Source of the DNA: Candidatus Spongiisociaceae bacterium
Lineage (GTDB): Bacteria; Actinomycetota; Acidimicrobiia; Spongiisociales; Spongiisociaceae
Assembly (NCBI GenBank): GCA_965219685.1
Contig: CBDCOH010000002.1
Span: 2,304,001-2,368,000 of the forward strand
DNA: 64,000 bases
Direction of reading: 5' to 3'
Within the stretch, counting starts at the first letter, position 1. Every line of letters begins with the position of its first letter. The translations under genes were made by a program, and so were the position numbers. A model generated the notes under the pieces. It was not told the DNA's origin, searched no databases, and saw only the letters and a list, made by a program, of their open reading frames with translations. Shown piece by piece: positions 31,177 through 41,031 of the stretch.

Positions 31177-31713
31177 TCAGTAGCCGCCTAGACCGAGGAG
31201 GCTCCGGACCATCCTGGCGGTGGCACCCCACAGCACGTCGCCGTCGATGTCGAAGAAGTACACCGGACGACCGTTCCAGTCCTCGACTCGCCATCTCGAC
31301 TCTGCCCGCAGCGACCGGATGGAGGGCGTGAGTATCCGGTCGACCTCGTTCGGATCGGGTACCAGATCGGGGACGCCCGGCAGCCGTCCCACGACGGGTA
31401 CCACCATCCGGGGATACGTAACGGTGTGGATGGCCGGGAGGTAGCCCAGTACCTCTACATCCTCGGGATCTATCCCGACCTCCTCGTGGGCTTCGCGCAG
31501 CGCGGTGTCGAGTGGGATCTCGCCGGCTTCCGGTTTACCGCCCGGAAAGGCAAGATCCCCACCATGGGTTGGCATGTGAACCGGCCGCCTGATTAGCACC
31601 ATCCGTATCTCCTCCCCATCCGGGTAGAGGGGTGCGAGAACTGCCGCCCTCTGCACGGGGCTGTCCGGGGGCGGCTGGGGGTGCAGGTGCAGCGACTGCC
31701 AGAAGTCCTTCAT
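31177..31713 (-). CDS. Nudix CoA pyrophosphatase
   Basis: HGGDLAFPGGK...ALREAHEEVG Nudix box; LWGATAR. Confidence 0.92.
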   Translation of the reverse strand: MKDFWQSLHLHPQPPPDSPVQRAAVLAPLYPDGEEIRMVLIRRPVHMPTHGGDLAFPGGKPEAGEIPLDTALREAHEEVGIDPEDVEVLGYLPAIHTVTYPRMVVPVVGRLPGVPDLVPDPNEVDRILTPSIRSLRAESRWRVEDWNGRPVYFFDIDGDVLWGATARMVRSLLGLGGY

Positions 31714-31795
31714 CCCTGGGGATGGTACGCGAGATGCAATCCTCCGCTTCCCCCGACCAACGCCGCCATGCCGAAGCCTTTAGGCTCCACCTGAC

Positions 31796-32401
31796 ATGAA
31801 CAGACCACCTCGCGAGCCATTGCCACCTGCGGACCGCCACAGCGAACGTTTCGTGCTTCGCCCGTTCCGCAGGAAGGACATCGACCCTCTGTTCAGGGCG
31901 GTCACCGTCTCGCAGCCCGAGTTGGCGGAGTTCCTGCCATGGGCCGCAACCCAATACACGAGAGCCCGGGCCGCAAGCTTCGTGCGGGAGAGCATCCAGT
32001 CGTGGAAGGAAGCGCGGGCCTACGACTTCGCCGTCCGCCGGCCCCACGCTCCAGGTCGCCACATCGGCAACGTGAGCGTATGGCACCTCTCCCGTTCTTC
32101 CCGCAGTGGCGAGATCGGCTACTGGATCCGAACCGACGAGACCGGCCTCGGAATCGCCACGGAAGTAGCGCGGTCGGCGCTCAGGATCGGTTTCCGAGAA
32201 CTGGGCATGCACAGGGTAGTGCTGCGGATCGCCCTGGGAAACGTCCCGAGCGAGCGGGTCGCAGCCAAGCTCGGCTTCGTCCGCGAGGGCGTCTTACGGG
32301 AGGAGATCAAGGTGGGCGACCGGTGGCTGGACCACTCGGTCTGGGGGTTGCTGGAACACGAGTTCCGACGCTCTGGAAACCCGAAACGCTCAATCATCTA
32401 G
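31796..32401 (+). CDS. RimJ/RimL-family GNAT N-acetyltransferase
   Basis: FLPWA, GEIGYWI, GLGIATE, NVPSERVAAKLGF. Confidence 0.9.
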   Translation: MNRPPREPLPPADRHSERFVLRPFRRKDIDPLFRAVTVSQPELAEFLPWAATQYTRARAASFVRESIQSWKEARAYDFAVRRPHAPGRHIGNVSVWHLSRSSRSGEIGYWIRTDETGLGIATEVARSALRIGFRELGMHRVVLRIALGNVPSERVAAKLGFVREGVLREEIKVGDRWLDHSVWGLLEHEFRRSGNPKRSII

Positions 32402-32483
32402 AACACGCACCATCGCTACCCAGCGGCGTAGAACGCCGCCGATCGCCTGAGAACCCTCCCCAAGATCCGAAGGCCGAGGAGGA

Positions 32484-32699
32484 CTAGCCGGGTTGAGAGG
32501 CGAAGTCGCTTGCGTCCACAGGGTAGCTGCGAACGTACTCGAGGATCTCGCTCCGGAAGAACTTGAACGTCCGCCCGCCAGGGAGCCGGTAGGCCGGGAG
32601 CCGGCCCTCTCGTGCGTACTTCCGCACCATCTGAACGTTCATGTCCAGGAGGTCAGCTACTTCCTGAGCCCCGAGAATCCGATCGTCTTCGCGTGCCAT
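32484..32699 (-). CDS. Small helix-turn-helix DNA-binding protein (excisionase/BldC-like)
   Basis: LGAQEVADLL...VRKYAREGRLPAYRLPGGR. Confidence 0.85.
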   Translation of the reverse strand: MAREDDRILGAQEVADLLDMNVQMVRKYAREGRLPAYRLPGGRTFKFFRSEILEYVRSYPVDASDFASQPG

Positions 32700-32780
32700 A
32701 ACTCGTCCCTTTCCATCCGGGAGGTATCATCGTCGCCGGTGATACCCGGTGTTATCATGTGGTGACCCGCCACTGGCCGG

Positions 32781-34352
32781 ATGCCAAAGCTGTCGTCCGA
32801 CAGGCTACCGCAACCCAAGCGAGCCAAGGATAGTTTATCTTACTTCTCGGCTGTCCGAATGCATATTCGATGGACATCCGCCGAAAGGGGTCGAAAACTG
32901 CACCGGATACGACCGTCGCGTGCCAAGTGGTGGGGCAACCGATCCCACATCATCTACACGATCACTGTCTTCGTTGTCCTGGCGTCGCTCGACAACGCAG
33001 CGATAGCTCTCTACCCGGCCCTGACCAAGGTGATGGCCGCCGATCTGGAGGTGAGGGAGTCGAGACTCGGTCTGGTGACGGCTCTGGTGATCCTGGTCTC
33101 CGCCGTGACGGCGGTGGCTTGGGGCTACTACGGCGACCGGTCCCGGCGCAAGCCTCTCATGTTCTGGGCCACCCTCCTCTGGAGCCTCGGGTTGCTGATG
33201 GTGGCCAGATCCGGGTCTCTTGCCGAACTCGCCTGGTGGTCCGCCGTGGTCGGAGTCGGGCTGGGAGCCATAGCCTCGGTGGGATTCTCCATAATCTCGG
33301 ACTTCATATCCCCGAGGCGGCGAGGCCTGGCAATGAGCTTCTGGGGACTCTCCCAGGGTACCGGCGGGTTCTTCGGCATCCTGGTTGGCGGGGTGCTCGG
33401 GGCCGAGAACTGGCGAGCCCCCTTCGTGGGCCTGGCCTTGATCAGCATCGGAGTGGCAGTCATCTATCTGACAACCCTCGACGCCCCCCGTGCGAGATCG
33501 GAGCCGGAGCTGGCCGCGGCACTGGCAGCCGGGGGAAGCTACGAGTTCCGGATCGAGAGGTCCGACCTGGCCGGGCTCTGGCATACCCGCACCAACCGCT
33601 GGCTCATCCTCCAGGGGCTCACCGCGCAGTTTGCCTACGGATCGTTGATATGGGTGCCTCTCCTGTATCAGAGCAAGGTCCAGGCCTTGGGGTACGACCT
33701 GAGCACGGCCACCGCGGTGGGGGCGGTATTCGGCGCGATCTTCCAGATCGGAGGCGTGACCTCGATACTGACCGGGCATCTGGGGGATCGGTTCCAGCGG
33801 CGCACCGCTCGGGCCAGGGCGATCATATCGATGGTGGGAATCCTCGGCGCCATACCGTTTTTCGTCGCCTTCTTCTTCGTCCCGCTAACCGGACTCGACA
33901 TCCCCACCGGCGAGGGCAGCATGGCCATAGTCGTGGCCACGCTGGCCAGCGTGGTGACCAATCCGTATGCCGCCAGCGCCTTCGGCCTATCGGTGATCGC
34001 GCTGGCATTCACCTCGGCTGACTCCGCCAACTGGTACGCCCTGATCTCGGATGTCAACCTCCCTGAACACCGGGGAACCGCCTTCGGGCTGGGAAACCTC
34101 TCCAACGGGATCTCCCGGACGCTCGGAAACGCTCTCACGGTGGTCGCGGCGGGCCTCCTGACGGCCCGCTTCTCCGCACCTTGGAACTACGCCATCGGGT
34201 TGACGGCCTTCCAGGTGTTCTTCATACCCACCGGGCTGTGCTACTGGATGGCGTCCAAGACCTGCCCCGGCGACATCGAGCGCGTCCGCAAGTTGCTCGC
34301 CAGGCGGGGGCGGGAGGCCTTCGCAGCGGTTGACGAACCGGATGGCGGATGA
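32781..34352 (+). CDS. MFS transporter
   Basis: Many TM segments; GYYGDRSRRK motif A; start position uncertain. Confidence 0.88.
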   Translation: MPKLSSDRLPQPKRAKDSLSYFSAVRMHIRWTSAERGRKLHRIRPSRAKWWGNRSHIIYTITVFVVLASLDNAAIALYPALTKVMAADLEVRESRLGLVTALVILVSAVTAVAWGYYGDRSRRKPLMFWATLLWSLGLLMVARSGSLAELAWWSAVVGVGLGAIASVGFSIISDFISPRRRGLAMSFWGLSQGTGGFFGILVGGVLGAENWRAPFVGLALISIGVAVIYLTTLDAPRARSEPELAAALAAGGSYEFRIERSDLAGLWHTRTNRWLILQGLTAQFAYGSLIWVPLLYQSKVQALGYDLSTATAVGAVFGAIFQIGGVTSILTGHLGDRFQRRTARARAIISMVGILGAIPFFVAFFFVPLTGLDIPTGEGSMAIVVATLASVVTNPYAASAFGLSVIALAFTSADSANWYALISDVNLPEHRGTAFGLGNLSNGISRTLGNALTVVAAGLLTARFSAPWNYAIGLTAFQVFFIPTGLCYWMASKTCPGDIERVRKLLARRGREAFAAVDEPDGG

Positions 34353-34476
34353 ACCGCAGTCCACTGTCCGGAGCGGTTGCGCGGACCGGTCCCCGCGTCC
34401 AATCCCGACCGGTCCTCGGCCGCCGGCCTTATCGACCCCCCGTACCGGCTTGCAATGGGGTACCCTCGCTAGGGTG

Positions 34477-34636
34477 GGCTCGGTAGCTTGCCTGCCCGGT
34501 GGCGCTCCTAACCGGACCGCCGGCGTGTCGGTCGCCCGATACGTCGATCCGAAGTGGGCGCAGCGAGATTGCCCGGGGCCGGAGCACGGCAACGGCGCGA
34601 CCTCGTGCCTTCGTCGGCAGGCAGACCACCGGAGCC
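34477..34636 (+). ncRNA. Candidate structured leader RNA upstream of infA
   Basis: Closing helices GGCTCGGT/ACCGGAGCC and TGCCTGCC/GGCAGGCA enclose four hairpins; TACCCT -10 at 34461. Confidence 0.5.
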
Positions 34637-34661
34637 TGCATAACCGATCAAGGAGACTTGT

Positions 34662-34883
34662 TTGCCCAGGGACGACGTTCTACGAGTTCAGGGAAGCGTC
34701 ATCGAGACCCTCCCCAACGCCATGTTCAGCGTACAGATCGACGGAGGGTTGAAAGTCCTCGCCCGTGCATCCGGGAAGATGCGCCGGGGACGCTTCATAC
34801 GCATCCTGCCTGGAGACCGGGTGGATGTGGAACTGTCGGCATACGACCCCAGCCGGGGCCGGATCGTCTGGCGGTACAAGTAG
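34662..34883 (+). CDS. infA: Translation initiation factor IF-1
   Basis: [12 protein letters not shown]...SGKMR...[26 protein letters not shown]; AAGGAG RBS; TTG start. Confidence 0.95.
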   Translation: MPRDDVLRVQGSVIETLPNAMFSVQIDGGLKVLARASGKMRRGRFIRILPGDRVDVELSAYDPSRGRIVWRYK

Positions 34884-35010
34884 TCGGTAGTCGGTAGTCG
34901 GTAGTCGGTAGTCGGTAGTCGGTAGTCGGTAGTCGGTAGTCGAGTTTAACTACAACGTTAACTAGTAAACCAATGAAACTAGTGACTATGGACTAACAAC
35001 TACAGACTAA
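34881..35010. repeat. Bipartite heptamer element (TAGTCGG)x8-AACGTTAAC core-(RACTANN)x4
   Basis: First TAG is the infA stop; the right array ends at the convergent gene's stop. Confidence 0.9.
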
Positions 35011-35747
35011 AACATCATCCTGACCGCGGATCCTACGGCACCGAGAACCAGAACCCACCGCGCCCAGGCGGCCCCTTTGCTCACCGCCAGTCTGGCCGCC
35101 AGGTAGGCGCCTGAGGAGTACCCCGCCGCCAGGACCAGGCCCAGAGTCAGGTCGACGTGGCCGGCCAGAACGTAGAACGGCAGGACCACCACGGTATAGA
35201 CGAGAATCAGGGCCACTTTGGCGCCATTGCCTCTCAGCAGGTCGAACCCGGAGCCCAAGACCAGGGCGGTTAGCAACAGGATGCCCACACCGATCTGGAT
35301 GAAGCCCCCGTAGAAGCCAATGAACACGAACACGACGGTTCGCCACAAAGGGGAAAGCCGGGTCGGCACGTCCTCTAGCCAGCGGTTGGTGTTGAAGACC
35401 GCCGAGAGGGCCACGAACAGCAAGACCACCGCGAATACACGTTGCATACCCTCCGGCGACAGTTGCGTGGCAGTCCATGCTCCCAGGGCGCTCCCTACCA
35501 GGACCGGAGGCAACAGCCGCCTGACCCTCAGCCACGCGATCGACTTGCCCTGCTGGTATGCGCTTACCCCGGCGATGTTGGCAAAGAGGACAGCGACCCT
35601 GATCGTCCCGTTGGCGATGTTGGCATTGGCCATGAGGGTCACCAACGGGACGGTTAGCGCCGAGCCACCTCCGGCCACGGCGTTGATGAAGCCGGCGCCG
35701 AACCCGGCAAGGAACAGGATGACCAGCTCGAGTTCCGTGAGCTACAC
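35007..35747 (-). CDS. TauE/SafE-family sulfite exporter; in-frame TAG at codon 2 (possible pseudogene)
   Basis: GTG-TAG-LTELELVILFLAGFGAGFINAVAGGGS...GFYGGFIQIGVG. Confidence 0.75.
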
Positions 35748-35798
35748 CTTTGCGGGAACGACAGGCCACCCGGCCTGCACGAGCGGGGAGAAAACCAA

Positions 35799-35895
35799 GT
35801 GGCCGGCGGCTGGTAGCCGGTGTCCGGTGACTTGTGTGCCTAGTGCCTGGTATCGTAGTCTATCCATAACCATTCGACACACCTAACACCTAACT
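35799..35895. repeat. Degenerate bipartite heptamer element ending (CACCTAA)x2
   Basis: On the minus strand TAG-TTAGGTG-TTAGGTG follows the bpa stop. Confidence 0.6.
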
Positions 35896-36376
35896 AGAGA
35901 TACAGGCCCGGAGACGTTTCATCCCCCTCATCGGGCGACCTGCCGCTGCGTATCTGCTTCAACTGCGCCCGCGCTGCCATCTGCTGCGTCATGATTGCGG
36001 CGTGTATACCGTTGAACAGACCCTCGAGCCAACCGATCAACTGCGCCTGCGCAACTCGGATCTCGGCCTGGGTCGGGATCTCCCTGTCCAGCGGAACGAA
36101 TACATCGGCGAGTTCGGCCCGAAGATCATCGGTCAGAACGCTGTTCAACTGCTCCATCGATGCCTCGAACACAGCTCGCAGCCGAACCCTGCCCTCCTCG
36201 TCCAGGGTGGCCGTTCTCACCTCTTCCAACATCGACCTGGTCATCGAAGCGATCCTCAACAGCTTGGCCGGCTCTTCGATGCGTTCCTGGGCGTCCGCGT
36301 CGGCGGCTGCCGACTCGACCACCATCAACGCTGAGTCCGACGCCTCCGGCCCATGAGCCGCCCCATCATCGATCAT
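35894..36376 (-). CDS. bpa: Bacterial proteasome activator Bpa (PafE)
   Basis: EEPAKLLRIASM...EIRVAQAQLIGWLEGLF; C-terminal GLYL (HbYX). Confidence 0.92.
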   Translation of the reverse strand: MIDDGAAHGPEASDSALMVVESAAADADAQERIEEPAKLLRIASMTRSMLEEVRTATLDEEGRVRLRAVFEASMEQLNSVLTDDLRAELADVFVPLDREIPTQAEIRVAQAQLIGWLEGLFNGIHAAIMTQQMAARAQLKQIRSGRSPDEGDETSPGLYL

Positions 36377-36539
36377 CGAAGCCTCCCAATCTCCCGCGGG
36401 ATCCCACAAGCAGGAAACACTCGCCCACTCAGGTACTCACCATAACGCCATCCGGGCAGTTACGAGGGTCGCTCCTACTCACCCGCGGACCGTCTCAGGC
36501 CCGCCGCCCCCCGGTCACGCACCGAGCTATCCGGGACTA

Positions 36540-37124
36540 TCAATCGAGCCAGTCGTCGAGCACAAGGCCGGAGTCTCGCCTGCGGTCTCCGCGCGCCATC
36601 AGCCTCAGTCCACGCACCCAGACCGGTAGGACGACACCGAAGAACCTTCTCCAACCGGCGATCAGGGCAACCGTCAGATACAAGGCCGGGACCCACCGCA
36701 ACGTGCCATGGAGGGTCGCGGACCAGAGAAAGACCCCGAGCAGGTAGCCGGTGCCCATCATGACCACCGACGGGTTGTGTGCAACCAAGGATCCGACGAA
36801 CACGACGGCCGCAACAGGCCCCACGGTCCACCAGGAGATGTAACCACCCAGACCCAGACCCAGACCCAGCCCGACTCCAACCCAGGAGTCTGCCCTCAGG
36901 TCCCACTCCTTCAGCCGGGTGTCGCGGGCAGCCGCCCTAGCGAAACGACCGTCGAAGTAGTCGGTGCACCAGGCAAGGCCGACCAATCCGACAGCCATGT
37001 CGACTTGTCGATTCGCCACGAGCCAGGCGAGAAGTGGGGCACTCACCAATCGTGAGAACGTGAGCACGTCGGCGACAGCGGCCCGGTCGACAACCACACC
37101 CCCGGCGCCCAGGTTGCGTTCCAT
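36540..37124 (-). CDS. CDP-alcohol phosphatidyltransferase family protein
   Basis: ADVLTFSR, TDYFDGRFAR...WDLRAD. Confidence 0.8.
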   Translation of the reverse strand: MERNLGAGGVVVDRAAVADVLTFSRLVSAPLLAWLVANRQVDMAVGLVGLAWCTDYFDGRFARAAARDTRLKEWDLRADSWVGVGLGLGLGLGGYISWWTVGPVAAVVFVGSLVAHNPSVVMMGTGYLLGVFLWSATLHGTLRWVPALYLTVALIAGWRRFFGVVLPVWVRGLRLMARGDRRRDSGLVLDDWLD

Positions 37125-37394
37125 TGAACTACTCCGGTATACAACCCCTCTCCATATCAATGCTACGCGTCTTGAGCCTCGGGTGGCCACCGATCTCTGG
37201 TGTTTCCGGCAACTCCCGGAGGTCGAGCACGTCCGCCCGACGCCCGACAAAGCGGGTCGGCTAGCGCCGGAAGTGCATGGCTGACGAGCATGGCCGCTCC
37301 GCCGGAGACCGGTCAGCCCTTCAACCGCCGGAGGGACTCTGGCTACGATCGTGTCAACACTAGCGCCGCCCATCGCTACCGCGGCGGCGTCCAT

Positions 37395-37467
37395 GCCCGC
37401 GTAGCTCAGGGGATAGAGCAACCGCCTCCTAAGCGGTAGGTCGCAGGTTCGAATCCTGCCGCGGGCG
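37395..37467 (+). tRNA. tRNA-Arg (anticodon CCT)
   Basis: GCCCGCG acceptor, GCTC D-stem, ACCGC-CTCCTAA-GCGGT, GGTTCGAATCC T-loop. Confidence 0.97.
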
Positions 37468-37713
37468 CCGCGGGGTCTTCGCGGGTTAGGGGTCTGGGGG
37501 GGGGGGGGGGATTCTGGCCTATTTCGGGCTGGTCGGGGCAGAATTGGCCGGTGTTCGGGGTTGTGGGGCCGGTTATGGGCGCTGGCGGTGTTGACTGTGA
37601 ACCGTTCCCGTGGGTTTCCGAGCTTGATAAGTTGGGAGAACCTGGGTCATGGGTGTCCACTGTGGCAGATCCCCTGTGACGAATCGTTGAACTCCCCGGT
37701 CCCGGTTTCTGGG

Positions 37714-37950
37714 TCAGCGATGCTGGGACGCGATCTCCCCTATCAGATACTGGACAGATACCGGAATCCGCTGATGTGGGTACGCGTTCTCCACCAACCG
37801 CAGCAGCTCGTCCGGGTGTGACAGCCCTGTTTCTCCCATAAGGAACCGGATGTCGCCCATGTCATCGGCCCGGCCGGAAACAACTTTCATCGCCAGGATG
37901 TACTCGGCGTTAGGGCTGTAAACGCGTAGGCGGTTGCCGGTGAACACCGG
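37714..37950 (-). pseudogene. 5'-truncated nucleotidyltransferase (DUF6036-like)
   Basis: LRVYSPNAEYILAMKVVSGRADDMGDI motif; N-terminal half absent. Confidence 0.65.
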
Positions 37951-38029
37951 CTCCCCGCGACACCGATCCCCCACGCCACAAGGACTACGAGGCGGGTTCG
38001 CCCGGCCCGCGCCCCGCCACGCGCGCCCC

Positions 38030-38554
38030 GCCACTGCAACTCCTCAGCGCCAGCTCGACGTCGATCAACGAAGGCGCGAGCGGACATCAACATCACCCTC
38101 CGGCTAGCCCGCCCCGCCGAAGCCGACATGCGGATCAACCTGAAAGCGTACGGAACGGCGACGCTCTGGAGTGATTACTCCTGGACGGATTTCATCCAAA
38201 TCTACGCCGGGGAGCGATCCGGGACGACCATACTCAACCACCTACACGACTCAGCCGTGGAGGGCGACGAGTACATCATCATCCGCCCGGAATCTGTACC
38301 CCAGGAGGCCTACCCTTCGCCGGGGGCGGCGGTCTACTCCCTGACCGCCCTGCGGATCACTATCATCGCCGACGGACCGGCCGGCGCCAGCCGCCAGCAC
38401 CCAGCACACTGATCCCGCCCTCGCCGAGATCACCCGCCGCCAGGCCGAATGTGCCAAGAGCATCAAAACCGAGATGGACGCGTGGCTGAACGGTACTGGC
38501 ACCGAGGCGGCGGTGAGGGCCGCCCAAAGCGCCAGCGCCGCGTGCCAGTTCTAG
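38030..38554 (+). pseudogene. 3' remnant of a Calx-beta domain protein
   Basis: SINEG/..ITLRLARPA...GTATLWSDY...IYAGERSGT...HDSAVEGDE...ITI, with two frame breaks. Confidence 0.6.
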
Positions 38555-38618
38555 CCCCCGGCTCGCTGGCCGCGTTTAGCAAGGCGGGCGTCCGGACAGA
38601 CCGGGCAGCGCCCCCAGC

Positions 38619-38717
38619 GGTCCGCTACTCGGTTCACGTCGCCGGCGGACGGAGACCCGGTGGGGCTTACGCTGTCATCGCGGGCGGGATGGTGCCGCAG
38701 GCGCCGCTCTCAACCGG
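38619..38717. repeat. ~100-bp direct repeat, copy 1
   Basis: GGTCCGCTACTC...GGTGGGGCTTACGCTGTCATCGCGGGCGGGATGG...CTCTCAACCGG matches 40773..40872. Confidence 0.9.
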
Positions 38718-38780
38718 CGCCCCCATCTGGGAGAAGCTGCCGGCGAGCCGCGTGACTGTGTCCCCGCAGGTCACCGCGGG

Positions 38781-38818
38781 TTGACATTCTGAGAGCTTTT
38801 CGTTACGGTTAGCTCTCA
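38781..38818 (+). promoter_or_regulatory. AbiE operon promoter with overlapping inverted repeat
   Basis: TTGACA-17-TACGGT, ATG 8 nt later; TGAGAGCT...AGCTCTCA inverted repeat. Confidence 0.7.
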
Positions 38819-39414
38819 TGAGTGCGGCGCAGCTTGTACGGGAGCAGGTCGAGGCCGCTGCGGCGCGGTCGTTCATCTCTACCCGTGAGGTGGTAGGCTC
38901 TCGCCGCGCGGTCGAATGTGAGCTGTCCCGCCTGGCTGGTTCGGGAGCGGTCATCCGTGTACGGAGGGGCCTGTACTGGAAGGGGCCCCGCACCCGTCTC
39001 GGGATGCCGCTGCCCCGGCCCGATGAGATCGCACTCGCCGTGGCCGGACCTGGCGCAGGACCTGCTCGGTTGTCCGCGGCCGCACACCTCGGCTTGACCA
39101 CACAGGTACCGGCAGTCGACACGATCGCGGTTGCCGGACGGACCCCGACCGCCCCGGCGGCTACCCGGTTCGTATCCCGGTCCGTTGAGCGACGCATTCG
39201 CGACCTCACACCCACCGAAGTCGCCGTCATCGAGGTCCTTCGCGAGGGACCGGATCTGCTGGAAGTACCCTGGGAGGCCTTCGCAGCAGCGGTCACCCGG
39301 CTCGCAGCCTCCAGAGAACTGCGCCACGAGCGAATCACCGAACAGCTCGCCGATGAGCGCCACGTCGCAGCGCGAGAGCGCTGGCGACCGCTCGCGGAAA
39401 CGCTTGAGCCTTGA
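38818..39414 (+). CDS. AbiEi-like type IV TA antitoxin (DUF6088)
   Basis: LSRLAGSGAVIRVRRGLY, AAAHLGLTTQVP. Confidence 0.85.
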   Translation: MSAAQLVREQVEAAAARSFISTREVVGSRRAVECELSRLAGSGAVIRVRRGLYWKGPRTRLGMPLPRPDEIALAVAGPGAGPARLSAAAHLGLTTQVPAVDTIAVAGRTPTAPAATRFVSRSVERRIRDLTPTEVAVIEVLREGPDLLEVPWEAFAAAVTRLAASRELRHERITEQLADERHVAARERWRPLAETLEP

Positions 39415-40355
39415 CCACTCCGCTCCGAACGCGCCTCGACGAACTCGAGGTATACGTCACCCGCGTCGCTGAAGCGACCAGCATCCCGCCAGCACACCTG
39501 GAGAAGGACTTCTGGGTAACCGAGGTCCTGCGGGGCGTATCCAACGCGTCGGAGGCCACCGGCTGCTCGGTCATCTTCAAAGGCGGCACCAGTCTGTCCA
39601 AGGCCTACCGGATCATCCGAAGGTTCTCCGAGGACGTGGACCTCGTCGTGGTGTTGCCCGAAGGCGGCAAGGGCGCGAAGGACTCCACGATGAAGACGTT
39701 CGTTGCGGCCGCCGAATCGACAACCGGCGTCGAAGGAGCCGTCGACCCCTTCTCCGCCACCAAAGGAGTGAAGAGAACAGCAACCTTCGCGTACCCCACG
39801 ACACACAGCTCAGCACTCAAACCTGGTGTGCACATGGAACTCGGCACCCGGGGCGGTGCGCTCCCAAATCGTCGGCTGCCCATCCGTTCACTGATCGCCG
39901 AGCACGCCGAGGCCGTCGACTTACCCATCGACTTCGAGGAAGCAGCACCGGTGAGTTTGCTCGTGCTCGAACCGGTCAGAACACTCGTAGAGAAGCTGAT
40001 CCTGCTTCACCACGCCGCCACCGAAGGCGACGCGCAGCGCCAAGCGGCGACGGCACGCCACTACTACGACGTCGATCGCCTGCTCCGCGATGACAGCGTG
40101 CTTTCGGACCTCCAATCGAATCCGATCGACCTGCTCGCCCGAGAAGTCACCGAGCACTCACGCGCCGCGAAATTGCCGACCGCGATGCGACCACGTGACG
40201 GCTTTGCTGCGAGCCCGGCCTGGGACCCTTCCGCGACCAGCAGCGCTGAAGCCGCATACAGCGCTGTGATGGATGAGTTGCTGTGGCCAGGCGCGCCGCG
40301 CTCATCGTTCGCGGAGTGCTGCCACCGAGCGCACGAACTCGCCGATCTCCTGTAG
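39411..40355 (+). CDS. AbiEii/AbiGii nucleotidyltransferase toxin
   Basis: EKDFWV, FKGGTSLSKAY..IRRFSEDVDL, RTLVEK, RHYYD; 4-nt overlap with the antitoxin. Confidence 0.92.
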   Translation: MTTPLRTRLDELEVYVTRVAEATSIPPAHLEKDFWVTEVLRGVSNASEATGCSVIFKGGTSLSKAYRIIRRFSEDVDLVVVLPEGGKGAKDSTMKTFVAAAESTTGVEGAVDPFSATKGVKRTATFAYPTTHSSALKPGVHMELGTRGGALPNRRLPIRSLIAEHAEAVDLPIDFEEAAPVSLLVLEPVRTLVEKLILLHHAATEGDAQRQAATARHYYDVDRLLRDDSVLSDLQSNPIDLLAREVTEHSRAAKLPTAMRPRDGFAASPAWDPSATSSAEAAYSAVMDELLWPGAPRSSFAECCHRAHELADLL

Positions 40356-40477
40356 TCCACCAACACCACCGTGCCCTGTGCCGCGTGGCCGCCCTCTCGA
40401 TCGTGAAAGAGGTGATCGACCCTCCCCGCCTGTGCCGCCACCGGCGCGGTTCGAGGCAAGAAATTCGACCCGACGAG

Positions 40478-40770
40478 TCACGTCATCGATGGCATATGGA
40501 GGGTATCCGCACTGCCGAGCACGGCCGGGAACATCTCCTCGGGGGTCATCCCGGTGATCTTCACTAGAGAGGGTCGCCGCACAGGTCGAGGTCTTCGCCC
40601 CAGACGGTCGAGGTGCCCGGGCCGATCCGCACGGCGGAGAAGAACTCTCGGTCCTCCCACGCGACGAACACTCCGTCGCCCGCCAGGTGCGAGAGGTCCA
40701 CTTCGCCCTCAACCCCATTCTCGTAGCGGTGCCGGATTCGGTGCAGCTCCAGGGCGCGCACTTCGACGCC
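40478..40770 (-). pseudogene. DUF2442-domain protein remnant
   Basis: VEVRAL...YENGVEGEVDLSHLAGDGVF...DLDLC, frameshift near 40565 to VKITGMTPEEMFP; 5' end abuts the direct repeat. Confidence 0.7.
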
Positions 40771-40772
40771 GG

Positions 40773-40872
40773 GGTCCGCTACTCAGTTTCGCGTCGCCGG
40801 CGGACGGGGATCCGGTGGGGCTTACGCTGTCATCGCGGGCGGGATGGCGCCGCAGGCGCCACTCTCAACCGG
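40773..40872. repeat. ~100-bp direct repeat, copy 2
   Basis: Matches 38619..38717 with a few substitutions and one indel. Confidence 0.9.
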
Positions 40873-41031
40873 GGCATCTACCGGCGGAATCACAACCTGA
40901 TTTGGGCCCTTAGCCTGAATCCACCGGTCGGGTTTCGTTGTTGGGGGTGAATAGCCGCGGAAAGTGCCTCTGACCTGGGACAATAACCGTAAGCAACAAG
41001 GGTATTGGCCCGGAGTCGGGAGGCACTTCCT

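Noticed and set aside
32484-32699. Prophage or ICE excisionase
   Set aside because: No integrase, att site or phage genes nearby; it fits a stand-alone BldC-like regulator.
31090-35895. Integron attC sites (GTTAGAT, GTTAGGC, ACCTAAC)
   Set aside because: Core and inverse-core order is opposite to attC, flanking genes are housekeeping, and no integron integrase is seen; kept only as a note.
36849-36870. (CCAGAC)n hexamer repeat
   Set aside because: Encodes GLGLGLG in a TM helix; ordinary coding low complexity.
37496-37510. G15 tract as a phase-variation switch
   Set aside because: Not within a recognisable ORF or promoter; homopolymer length is also unreliable.
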